From contig NW_019217795.1 of the NCBI RefSeq assembly GCF_002571385.2, positions 1,324,715 to 1,388,714 on the forward strand: DNA of 64,000 nt, read 5' to 3'. The DNA comes from Stylophora pistillata (Eukaryota). The notes beneath the pieces are model-generated. The model was not told where the DNA came from. It was given only the letters and a program-made list of their open reading frames with translations, and searched no databases. The translations under genes and the position numbers were made by a program. Within the stretch, counting starts at the first letter, position 1. Each line of letters opens with the position of its first letter. Positions 12,501 through 24,376 of this stretch are shown here, one piece after another.

Positions 12501-15000
12501 ATTTGATGTATCGGTATTTGGTAGTTCTCCCTTTGGGGTGCTTTACGTTGGGAGAATTGGGAGTTACATCAAGTTAACACCCTCTATCAGATGAGTTTGT
12601 TTATTCCCATCACCTGTTTGTTGCAGAATATATTGAAGTAGTTAGAAAAAGTTACATTTTAGTCGTATGTGGGCGGTAAAGGGTGAATCGCTTGTCAATA
12701 GTAGCGGTATTGTAACAGTTTTCAGATGAGTGATTATTTTACACCCTCTTTCTTCCTTACGCTCTTTCTTTACCTTTGCTTAACCCTTTCTTGATTGCCA
12801 GTTATTATAAAGCAAGGGCAGGTATTCTTGCAAATGTATTTTCTGAAATAACACAGCTTATTATTGTTGTTGTGGACCTTGGAAAGTGATGCTAATCCCC
12901 CTGTAGCCTACAAAGTAGCAGTAAATCAGCTCTTGCTTGCCCCTTCATCAGGGCATGGGAAAGTTTGAACACTTGAGATTTGGTCTTGTAAGAGGAAATG
13001 ACCGGCGCCAGAAGAATATACCCCAGTTCAGCAAGCGGCTGAGGTTTCATGGATCCAGGGTGCAATCTGGAGCATTCATGGGGATCCTTTACCGATCTAG
13101 TTTACTAGGATTGATGAAAGTGTGCGAATGTTATTAGTGAGCAAGGTGAAGAGAACTGGCCTGGACACGTTGAACTAATCTGTTTGGTGCCTCCCTGGCT
13201 CATCTGGTAATTCTAGTAATAGAAACAAAGCTTTCCTTGGGTTATGAAGGCTTTATTTAATCTGATTCTTCCGTTGTGAAACTTGTGCGATCGTCTATTC
13301 CCAGAAATTTGATCGGAAATCTGACTAACTTTAGTTGAAATACCAGCACGTTCGTGATTCAAACTTTCTTGTCAAAGATAAAAAGTTGGCTGCAGCTGGA
13401 ATATCAACCGAAAAAGAGTTGTCGGTGGTTTTTATGCCCAGTTTGGACTCTGCTGTAACTCAGTGTCTGTGCATCTTGCGAAGTCAAGCTTACATTTTTG
13501 GTCTTCATTTGCAAGTTTACTCATTCCCAACCATTATAGTTGTCTTTTGAGTTACTGGACCTTCTGCGGTTTTTGTCTACTGTAGTAAATGATTACATAT
13601 ATTTTGACCTGTCCTTTTGAGGTTTTCTCCGTGACTCTGTTCATACTGTTTCGTGATATTGTGGTTTGAGTAAGAGTTTAAGCTCAGCATAGAATATTGC
13701 TCCTATAATATTTCCCTCTTAACGTCGACAGATGAGATTTCTTCCGCGAAAGTGGTTCTCAACGAGAAGGAACTTTGCCCCGAGTAGTTTGTTTGTTTTG
13801 TTTATCCGGAAGTGCCAAAAAAAAACCGGAAAAACTTGAGTCGGTTTATTTTTCTACTCACAGGAAGTACAGTGTGTAATCATGGTCGTTATTAAGCGTT
13901 TTATAAATGTTCACACGTAGAAGGAACTTCCTCAGTGTTGTTCAAAGAGCAGCACTCATTTTCCTTGTGCGAGAAATGTCAATAGATCACGAACACACAC
14001 ATGGGTCTAATTATAAACGCGATGGGTTATACCAAATGCGTTTAGTTACACTTGAACTAATTCACGTGATGATAATATTGGTGTGCATCATTCAATGTAT
14101 TTTGACAAGTCTCTTCAGGCTTAGAGGTTTAGTTTCAAGTGTGAGTTCTTGTGTTGTTAATAAATCTCTTCAGTACTGTATCTATTTAGCATTCTTGACA
14201 TTGTGTCACAAGTGTTTTTTTTTTGTGTCTTGATTGTAATACTTCAGAACGTTTTCAGTCCTTGACTTCAGTAGTAACTGTGCAGTGATAACTATGCAAC
14301 TGTTAAATCACCTTTTTTTAAGTTAAATCTCTGTTGCGGTTGGAATTGGAATCTGCTTGGAAGTTTCCCTACCTTTTCAAACTAGTGTAGGTCAAGAGTA
14401 ATCTTTGTGAAGTTTTAATCTGTGTTGTAATTATTGAACTTATAATTTTTTTCTTCTTCCTCTCGCCTCTTTTTTTTTCTCATATGTCGCTCCGAAAGAA
14501 GTCCTTGTTGTATTTATTGACACTCGTGTCTGTAGTATTATTCTTCATCGAATACTTTGTACCGTCATCGATGTCTCGGAATTTTTTTCATAAACACATT
14601 TGTACCCTTGCTGTGAATTTATACAGGTAATCTATTGAAGAGTTACGTATCCAACAGGTACCAAATCGTCTTCTTTTTGACAATTGTGGGGTCAAATGTC
14701 AAGACACTTAATACATTAATCTTTCAATGTATCTATTTCAATAACTGATGGTGACGCCTTATTAGCAGTGAGATGAATATGAAGTGTCATGCTCATTTCC
14801 TGTCTAGAGATCGTCTTGTGTGGCGTGGGGTTGATTGAAGTATGGTACTAATTTGTGACTAATGACTTTAAGACAAGGTGCGACTGGTTATTCAAAGTGG
14901 CATCTTAAAGTGAAATCTTTTATATAAACAGGTCCCGGCGTCAGAGAAGACCGGCTGGCTGGGTTTCAAGCAGTGTATCAAGAAAGAGATGTCCTTGTAG
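8957..15000 (+). CDS. MICU3: Calcium uptake protein, mitochondrial (MICU2/MICU3-like), last three exons: 8957-9046, 9968-10035, 14932-15000
   Basis: GT-AG exons with matching phases splice to ..EFQRAVRISTGQTLDPYVVHTVFQLFDKDGDGKLSYSEFIELMKDRLKRGFM-VPASEKTGWLGFKQCIKKEMSL*. This has a canonical EF-hand loop DKDGDGKLSYSE, the MKDRLxRG motif and the C-terminal FKxCxKKE helix of MICU2/3. Upstream exons were not found in the window. Confidence 0.85.
9457..9539. repeat. (AAT)n/(GAT)n microsatellite
   Basis: Visible trinucleotide run; explains the spurious poly-Leu ORF 9441-9653. Confidence 0.95.
9685..9925 (-). mobile_element. tRNA-derived SINE (same family as 52101-52283), degenerate
   Basis: Reverse complement gives ...GCTCTGTTGGTAGAGCACTACATCGGTATCGCAGAGGTCATGAGTTCAAATCCCGTACAGGCTTGA, with A/B-box-like motifs homologous to the 52.1 kb copy. 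Confidence 0.7.
10321..10692. mobile_element. Non-autonomous TIR element (MITE-like)
   Basis: Terminal inverted repeats GGGACTTTAAGCA ... TGCTTAAAGTCCC; no coding capacity. Confidence 0.65.
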
Positions 15001-16519
15001 CAAGGTCGGGGATTTGCTGTTATTTATTACAATTCCACCTCCTGGTTTGGCGTAAACTCTGAACCAAACCTAATATTCGCAACGCTCTAGAAATGAACAC
15101 TGAATTTTCTGTGCACGAATGGAGGAAATCAAAGTAACTTGCCCATAAAATTGAATATCAACTAAAGTTAAAGGATTTGTTTCAGCTGTATCTAAAAAGT
15201 ATTGATTATTCTATCGAGAAGAAATGGGTTTGCATTCAACGAAAACCGAATGTACACCCCAAATATTTGCGCGACAGTTTTAAAGGTTTCAAAACTTTTA
15301 ATGTTTATTTAACTGTAATTTTTTCGTGTTCGGCTCCTAGAGCCTCACAAGAAATTGGATGAAAATGGACACCATTGCCTTCTTTCGGATTAAATTCCCG
15401 AAAAGATTCGAGCCCTGCTACAATGTTTGTGACAACGAAGTTCAATTACCTTGTTCATTTAATTAATAGTTTTCATTGAAGATGATAGACCTCCATCACC
15501 ACTCATGAAGGAGTGTTGACAAGTCTATCACGATGTACACCGCTAACAGGTACATCTGATGACATCTGCGTCCAGAAAAACGTTATCGTACCTCTCCGGA
15601 AACGACCATTAATTAATGATTAGCGGCCATTAGTGTCGAGTGTGGCATGATAATGAACACGCTATGGCTATTAATGCATTATGCAGTGGAATTACAAGGT
15701 GTCTTGCTCTCGTGGATGAGGGCAGCATTTGAAGTGACAATGATTTATTGTTCCTGCAGAGTGGAGTCTAGATTGCGTGTAGTCGTGGTCTCATTTGCGG
15801 TTTACCCAAGGAAAGTAGTGTTTTTACGAGGTGATCGGTAAAACAGGATAATGCAAGGGGCGGCAGTAGACAAACATTCTTACTGACAAGTCTCAAGTTC
15901 TTATCTCAATTTACAGTGGGTTTTAGATTGTTCTAGATGACGTCATGAGGTTAAGTGCGTCCTAACGACAGTCAGTGTTTGGCAAAAAACAGGTCTGCTC
16001 CGAACGAATTGTGATCGCTCACTTGGGGAATTTGTTTTGCATTGAGTTGCCTAAAGCCATCTCAAGAAGGAAACGATCACTCGAGGTTTCACCAAAGATT
16101 GCGTGTATTTTGAGATTATTCGCCTTCTCGCCCCCTTAAATCGTCGACTCGTCTAAGCTCGAATCATAAAGCCGCCTAAAGCCTTTAATCATTCGATCAA
16201 TTTGTCTCGAGAATAGCTTTGAAATTCTTGCGTATATGCCACATAAGATGGATATGTCGCTATCTAGGTTCAGAGGAGACCGCGAGCGGTTTGTGTAGGA
16301 TGCAAAAACTGCTCTTTCTTGTCTTCATCGCACGCATCCCATCAGTGCATCACGCGACGGTAGCAGAAGCTATCTGGGGTTGAATCAGATTTCTACAAGT
16401 CACATGCCATCGCTCTTCACAAGTGCGCGCGTTCTGTTGATTATCACAAGACATAACAGCCTTGACTCGCGGTGATCTTACGTAGGGTATTCAGTGACCA
16501 CTGTGGCGCCCGTTTGGCC

Positions 16520-17586
16520 ATGTCAGTCTCGGTCGCACTTCCATTCTATTCGGCATCTCTGGGCCTTCTCATAGCGTTCGCCATCCTCCGGTTTCTATTC
16601 TGTACCTTGGTGTTTCGCAAGCTGGTCGTTAAACTGTTCATCAAGTTTGCAGGATGCGAAATCAGCCAAGAAGTGTACGGCAATAGTTTGTTTGGATGGG
16701 AGATGTACAAAGCCGTGACGGCCGCTTTGTTGACAGATCTGCAGAAAAAAGCTGAGCTCGGTGCAGAAGCACCAAATCCTTGTGTCGTGTCGGCCGACGG
16801 CCAGTTGCGTTCACATCTGTTGGACTTCGCCAAGAAGAGCAGGCCGCTGGTGGTGAATTTCGGCAGCTGCACTTGCCCTTTCTTCATGGACCGCCTCAAA
16901 GACTTCAGCGAGATCATGGCGGATTTTAGTGATATAGCTGATTTCGTCGTCATTTACATCTCCGAAGCGCATCCTTCAGATGGTTGGGCTTTCAAGGTAA
17001 TCTTAACAGCCTAAATTTACTTCTGAGATACCCAATTTGTCGTATGATCCTAGCAGAAATGTTACTTTCAAATCGGAGGATGGATTACCAACTCAAACTG
17101 GCTTTAAACGTCTCTATGTTATCCTCCTTCGCGCTTAGGTCCGTAGTATTATGGTGTATGTATTCATACGTATTCAGTCGAATTCGAAGAACCATGAAAT
17201 TAGACAACTATACAGTTTGTCGTCTGTATAGGAAGCCCTGTTTGAATATCTAATTAATGAAGGAATGAGCTCGGACTTTGCTCTAACTCGTTTACGCTTT
17301 TTACATCACGATTTAGACCAACTTCCACGTGAAACGGCATCGTACTCTGGAGGAAAGGGTCCAAGCCGCTCGGTTGTTTCAGGACGCGTCTAAGCTACAG
17401 GCTCCAGTGTTGGTGGATTGTGTAGAAAACGAAGCGAACCGAGCGTATGGCGCCCTGCCAATCCGACTTTGTATTATCTTAAATGGAAGAGTAGAGTTCG
17501 TTGGCGGGATGGGTCCGACATTTTACAAAACACAGGAGGTCAGAAGTTGGTTGACGACTTGGAGGGAAAGTGAATTGAACGTGTAA
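16520..17586 (+). CDS. DIO: Iodothyronine deiodinase-like protein A, Cys-type (exons 16520-16996, 17317-17586; 248 aa)
   Basis: N-terminal TM helix; RPLVVNFGSCTCPFF active-site motif (TGC at 16874-16876); YISEAHPSDGW; phase-0 GT-AG intron; exon 2 TNFHVKRHRTLEER...YGALPIRL...GGMGPTFY. Confidence 0.93.
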
Positions 17587-20500
17587 CTGTAGTGCTATAC
17601 ACGTGCACAAGTATTCAAAGTAGCACAGCGAGATACAAGGTGGAACACTAAAAAATGAAAGTTCAAGCACGTGTACTGATCGCGTTCTTTCGCCATCGCT
17701 GTATCACTTACATTCAAGAATATCATGAACAACATTATAAGGATTTTAATCAAGGGGCTAGTGTTGACCACACGACAAACGCTAGCCGTCAAGCCTAAAG
17801 CTACATATCTCTGTATGCTTGTAGGTTGTCATATTCAGTAGACCTGAAAACCTAAGTGCTGCCGGAGAGGCGTATATGGAAGATAAATTTGACACGAAAT
17901 TTCTTACTTGCTTCCCATCCGAAGACAATATTTAATAGCCATACATGCTTATATTTACTCTCGTTTCGTCGTACTAAGAGTTATTGGAAATTTGTATTCA
18001 AAACAGAAATTCTCTAGGATAAAAGGTAAACAGTTCCTTTTAGTCTCAGTTGTGAGTTTCGAGGTGTATATTACCAATAGTGATCCCTTCAAAAGCAATG
18101 TCACCAATTTCGTGGTATTTGCCTGAAGGTTAAAAGGACGAAAATACGATACAACTATTTTAATCTTGCCCTGTGCGGTCATAGCATTTGTGTTGTATAA
18201 CAAAACAAAGAACAAGGTGAGAAAAATAAATAACAGCTAAAAACTTGAATCTCGCTGCGAATTTTAATCCCCTAACCTCGTTTGGCGATCATTTCTACTT
18301 CACCTCAGCATATACAAACATGAAATCTAATTACGCGATTTTCTATCCATCAAAAACCGCAGGAAGTTGGTTAATGTCACTAGACGTCAAGTTGCATTTT
18401 TGTGCGTGAAGGTTGTTTATCGCAAATCCGGAAAAAGGTACACGGTAGCTTGACATTTTCAACTTGACCGGAAGATGAAAGTCCGTGGCATCAATCCTAG
18501 ATGATGAAATATAACATATTGCCAAGGAAATACCTATCAAACTGAACGCTATGAAATGATCCAAACAAAGCTCTTTGTTCAATTACAAGTTGTTTTCTAG
18601 TCGAATGACCCTGGAGGGTGTGCAAGCATTAAAACGTTTGCACTTCTGCAAAGTCCGCATCACGCGATGATTTTCTTATTGGACGTTAACGCTAAATATC
18701 CAAACACATGTGATTTGAGCTGACTGAGGAGAACTCTCGTATTATGCGCGATAATCTCTGATTGTCGAGACCCTATTTGGAAAGAAATGTTTACGAAATT
18801 TATCGCGTGACTATCGGGTCTGGTAAACAGCCTTTGTTTTTAGCGCGTGTGCCCGAGATCATTTAGGAAGTACCTCCTCGTCCATTGATTTACGATCTAA
18901 CGATCGATTGGCTAAGTGCTAATGAATGAGAACCCCACTTGAGAAGATTCGTTTTTCACTAAGTGATTTCTCTCGCTTGAATCCATCTGCGGTACAATCG
19001 TTGGCGACGACTGATTGGTTTCGCTAATCTACACTGTCCTTTATCAGGTTTTTTAGCTGTAGGGCTTCAAGCGTGGTACTGTTTGCTGAAAACTTTTTCA
19101 GTGTATTTCTTTTTTGGCAGGGAAATCAGTCGTTTAGTGGTAATCAGTGTTCTAATTTTAATCAAATGCATCATATTGTGACACATTTCAGCACTCACAG
19201 AGTAAAATGCTATTTGAAATCTGGTGAAATCACAGACTTCCGGTGTCGAAACGAATAAACATCATGAAATAAACAAATTAAGAAAAATACTATGTCACGG
19301 ATGAAAGAGATGGTGGCGAATCGAAAGGAAATTTGTTTTTCTTTTTTATGAAAGTGCAGAAACCAGTGTGAAGCTGATAAAGAGACTTTGAAACTTAAAA
19401 AATCGGCCAAGAATAATTCTAATTTCAGTTCATTCATTATCTGACATTTGAGTTAACCTCGCGTGATAGACACACAACGAATGCGTGAATTTGAACACTA
19501 CGTCATATTTGTCCAATTTCCTCACGAATATAGCTTTTCCTTTTATATCTGGCCGCTTGGATCACGTCTGAAACCCAAAAATATTTTACTTGGACTGGTC
19601 TTTATTAGAGAATTACCTTTTAAAACCTTCCGGTATTTTTCAAAGTATAATTATCGATATTTTCTTATTGTCTAGAAGTTGCTGGGCGGATAGGTCTGAA
19701 ACCGCCGAATTATAATTCTTGTGGATGGACTTTTAAAGAATACTTGAAATCAAAAGCGTTAGCATGGCCACTGGTGATTAAGTTGACATGAATCTCTTCA
19801 ATGCGAAAGAACTGATAAGACGTAAATTAAAATTAACAATTGCAAATTGGCACCTCGCTTCCGAGAAGTTCACTGATTCAAAAAATGGCGTTTACTTTAG
19901 GTCACGTACACCATTTTGTCTATTATCTCAGACGATTTAAAGAGATGATAATTTTTTTTTGCAGAGAACATTCCTTGCAAATTTATATCAGCTTTCGTAG
20001 GAAATGTCTTAAGAAAAAGTTGTAAACATCTTTGGATGTCAAAGGGTAACTACATATTTCTGCACATACACCTCCCTGGAATAGAACGAAACTTTGTTTC
20101 AGACAGGGACCTTCCTTTAAAACAGAACCTTAAAAGCACTCCCAAGGACTGTAGAATTACTCAGGTAGAGTTTCAAATTATTTTTAGACCCGCGTTAAAG
20201 GATTGACTTCATTAGTCATCAAAGAAACACTAATTACTTTTCACCGACGGTTCTTCGAGAAAGGGCAGAAGGGGCTAACCAAAACCATTATCTCTTCTCT
20301 CCAGCTCACGTGGTTTCTCAAATTGCGTGTTTCAAAGATTACTTTGAAAACAGAAAACCACCATCAAACCATGAATAGAAGCTATCTTCTGTCCATTTAC
20401 AAAAAGTATCAAACCAAGGCTTCACCTCTAAAAAAGGTAGCATTTCATTCCTCTGTTAAGACTTCCAGATGTTAATTTCACAGTTCGATCGTTTTAATTT

Positions 20501-23431
20501 TTTAAAGACTTAATTTGGTAATGACCACCACAAACACAGCTCGTTTCCAAAAATAGACTGTTTACTGAAAAGAACGCGATAACAGCTTCAATAGTTTTTC
20601 CAAAAGAGGGAAATATAGCAAGCATCTGCTCTGAGGTCGAATATGGAAGAAAAATGCCCTCAGCACATAACATTTAAACAGCAGGAGGTACAGTTATGGT
20701 TATTGCTTTGTTGCGCCGCACAGAACAAAAAAAAAAAGTGTATGGCCAGTGCAAATGTTGCTACGTCCAAAGGTGTTGGATATCGAGGAGTTGAAACACT
20801 TGAAGCAAGCTATCTACGTACTCTGGCACTCGACAAGGAAGATTCTCTCTCACCAGTGCCTCTCGCTTTAGCGCATAAACTAAGTCGCAGAGAAAAAAAA
20901 TCTAAAAAATTTGAGTTACTGAAAAAGCGCAATTTTTAATTTAGAATATGTCGAAAATTTAATTTAGCTAGTCACAAACTGAAAAAGGAGTTATTTTGTT
21001 ATGTACACAACTCCCGTCTCATAGAAATATGAAAATAAACATTTCACGGTAAGAAAAGTAAACACGGATTTGCTTTATAAACTGTAAATTCTTTCATAAG
21101 AACTAGTTTTCAACCCTTTTCAAGACCAGATACACTGCTACAGAAATTAGTTAAGGCCCGAAAATGTTGCAGTCAACCGCAGTTGATGAATTTTTTTCAG
21201 CTTCTGATGACTATAAATAAATTGTTTTAACTTTTGCGATAGCTGTATGAGTTGTTCAAACATCGCGTGATTTCATTGTATCTTTCATCGATTCTAGAAA
21301 GTTCAACTAAAACAGAATTATTTCACCTAGTACTTCTCATACCGGGAAAAACAAAACATAAATAACCGGTGAAATTGCCCTTACTTTGCAAAGTTTGATT
21401 CGAAAAGTAGAACTTCTCATGCAACTGAACAAATTATTCAATGGGAATACTTCGATCGCGTGACCTCAATCTTCGACAATTTCGCGTGTTCGCTGAATGA
21501 CGTAATGCAGAACATGAATGGGCACACTGCGTGTAAGCTCAATACAAGGGGTCCGTCAAAACAAACTTCCCACAGAGCTTAAGCGACATAGGAAATGAAC
21601 TTAACTGCGATCTTCCTTCAGCAGATTGTAATCTCGCACGCACAGCGACCTAAGTCAGATAAACAAGGAAAATTAAAAGGGAACATTTCTCGATTGTGGT
21701 AAATATTGATCTACGCTTGTTTGCATTTGAGTGAGAAACGTCCGACTTTCAGGCACCGAACAGCTAACACATAGTTTGCAGTGACATCAACCCGCAGTTT
21801 CAATCTGCGACACTTGCCATCAAGTTTATTTGTATTGAAAATAGGTTTAGGGACGCCAAAATGTTCTCTGTTACTGATTAAGTCATTTTGTAGGAGGGAA
21901 AAATCACTCCAAATCGATTTCCCCTTGTACCACTTCACTTTGTTTTGTTTTAGGCCTATCGCCGTCATCGTTTCATTGTTTATCACTCATTTTCAACGAT
22001 TATTAACACGTAATTTGTGTCAAAAGGAACATAAACCTCATTCACCGCAAGTCACGATACTGACGAGATCAAGTCTTTTCGCACATTAGAAACTATGAAA
22101 TGGGCGCAGATTCCAACAAGTATTTTCCCACTAAGACAGAACGACGAAATTGAAACTGGGACCGAAAACCTGCCACAGGTTCGTTTGCGTAGAGCGCGCA
22201 TGATTGACAGTCCTTGTGCAAATAAAATCTGGAAGATCTAGCAAGAGCACTAGCTAGAATTACGTAATTCAAAAATTCTCTGCCACTGGCGATTGTGGAA
22301 GGTTTGCAAACCGATGCGAAGTAATGGAGACGCTTTTAATGCACACTTCTAGTTCACTCTTAAAAGTATTCATCGAACACGACCGAGTCGAGCTGCTGCT
22401 AAAAGTGTTAATTTGATCGATTGATAGACACTAAGCCTCTACAAAAAAATTACAAACATTTAAACAGTTACCATTGCCTTCCGGCTCTTAGTCTCAAATA
22501 CAATGTTATTAATTAAGTGAGTTGTGTGAGGTATTTACTGCAACGCTGCGATACGCGTGCCACAAGAGTTGGCAAAAACGGTCCGAAACGTGTCTAGGAA
22601 CTGAATAAAATAATCAGCGGATTGTGCAGATTCTTTAGCCAAACCAAAGGATTACAGATGGAGAAAACAAGCTCAATAAGATTTTAGATATTTGAGGTGA
22701 ACAACAGGTTGACTTAACCCTGGGCTGCCCAAGGGAGGCGTGTAAAATCAACATGAGCTGCAGTTGTAAATGCACGCAATCTATCTTAATCACTTGGGGG
22801 TGACAGTCCAATCAGAGTTCACCTTAAAGTGCGATAAAAATTCCTTTCAGAGAAAAATTGGAACGAAGCGGGTAGGAATGTACCGCTTCGCTGGCTCAAA
22901 CTGGGCAATCGTGTTGAAATCGAGAGGTGTAAAGTACGTCAGAGGACTCGTACACTTGGAATAGACTATTTAACACGCGATTTATTTACATTCGTGTTTT
23001 CGCACGATGAACGACTGGTCAAGCAACTACAAAGACTTCCTTTCATCAATTATTACACTGAGCTTAGAATTAAAGTTGTCGCGACCGTTTAAGAAGCTAT
23101 TTCTACAGATCAATGACTCAACTGCTTGTAAGTAAGTTAAAGACAAATAGTGCAGTTACTCGGTCTACCACGACATCAAAACACGTCAACAATATCTCTT
23201 TGTTAGTTGCTACCTCAAATCTACCTTAAAAATTAGTATTTCTTTGAACATCGTTCTTGGTCATTGTTCGATACTTTTTGAGCAAGGATTCCCAGATCTG
23301 TGCGTTGCATGAATTGTTATAAACTTCCGGTTTTAGCCATTTATCCTAATTGTCTTTCCTTGCGTGGCTTGTTCTATGGAGGCGCATCATTTGAATGTTT
23401 TGTGTTCCTCGACTCGGTTGTTTCTAATGTT

Positions 23432-24376
23432 TTACGCCCGATGACGGCCAGTTTTCATAAGTTCAACCTTGTATTCCTTTAACCACTTTGCCACATTTTG
23501 TGGGTCGTAAAATGTCGGTCCAGTTAAACCAGCAAATTTCACTTTTTGATTCTTTATCACGTAAAGTCTGATAGGAAGCCCGGCGTATGCATTGTTAGCT
23601 TCGTTACCCATCGTGTCTATCATTATGGGACAGCTAAAGTGAACAGAGTCCTGCATAAGCTTTGCTGCTCGGCATCTATCCTCCAGGGTCTTGTGGGTAG
23701 AAATTTTGACGTTGTTCTAAGTATGAGATAGAAAGATTTAGTCAGTTGCTGTGGGTCTCTAAATCATTTTGCATAGGTTGGACTGTAACAATTACTCACA
23801 TTAGGAAACTTCTAAGGGGCGTGCACAGGTAAATTTTGCTCATGTAGAAACTGTAAGGAAATAGTTTTTTTAAAAGACCTTGTATCTCACCTCAAAAGCC
23901 CAACCGTCACTTGGATGGGCTTCCTCGACGTATATAGTAAGGAAATCAGCAACATCACTGAATTCCTGTACCACGCTTAGAAATTCGCCCACCCTAGCTC
24001 TAAAAACTGGGCAGGTCCAGCTGCAGAAGTTGACAACCAGTGGACGGCTCCCCTTGCAGAAGCTGAGCAGTCGACTATGCGACTCTCCGTCTAAGGAAGC
24101 AAGGAGAGGGTCCGGTGCCGTGTGATCCTTTCTTACAGTTTTCAGAAGCTCGAGATGGATGGAATTGCGCACAGATTTCAACATCTGCCAACTAAACAGT
24201 GAACTCCAGTACATTTCCTTTGGCAGCGGTACAACCGATGTCAAGTCCATCAGTTTAACCACGATCCATCTTGTTCTGGGCAAAATTCTGAGAACGCGTA
24301 GGAATGAAAATGCCACCAAGAGAAGCAGTGTTGCTGCGCAGTGTACAAACGTGATACTGGTCATTTTCCGCGACAT
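23432..24376 (-). CDS. DIO: Iodothyronine deiodinase-like protein B, Cys-type (exons 24376-23891, 23716-23432; about 256 aa)
   Basis: RPLVVNFCSWTCPVF (TGC at 24013-24011); YVEEAHPSDGW; same phase-0 intron as paralogue A; exon 2 NNVKISTHKTLEDR...CPIMIDTMGN...YAGLPIRL...GPTFY. The start could be Met at 24376 or 24364. Confidence 0.92.

Noticed and set aside
17720-17775. ATGA...AA...GA stem downstream of deiodinase A as a relic SECIS element
   Set aside because: The helix register does not fit the non-Watson-Crick quartet and there is no in-frame UGA to recode; nothing convincing was seen by eye behind B or C either (SECISearch not run).
17900-23300. Additional deiodinase pseudogene or other gene between paralogues A and B (also 29.1-35.4 kb)
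   Set aside because: No recognisable motif or splice-consistent ORF was found; the short ORFs look random.
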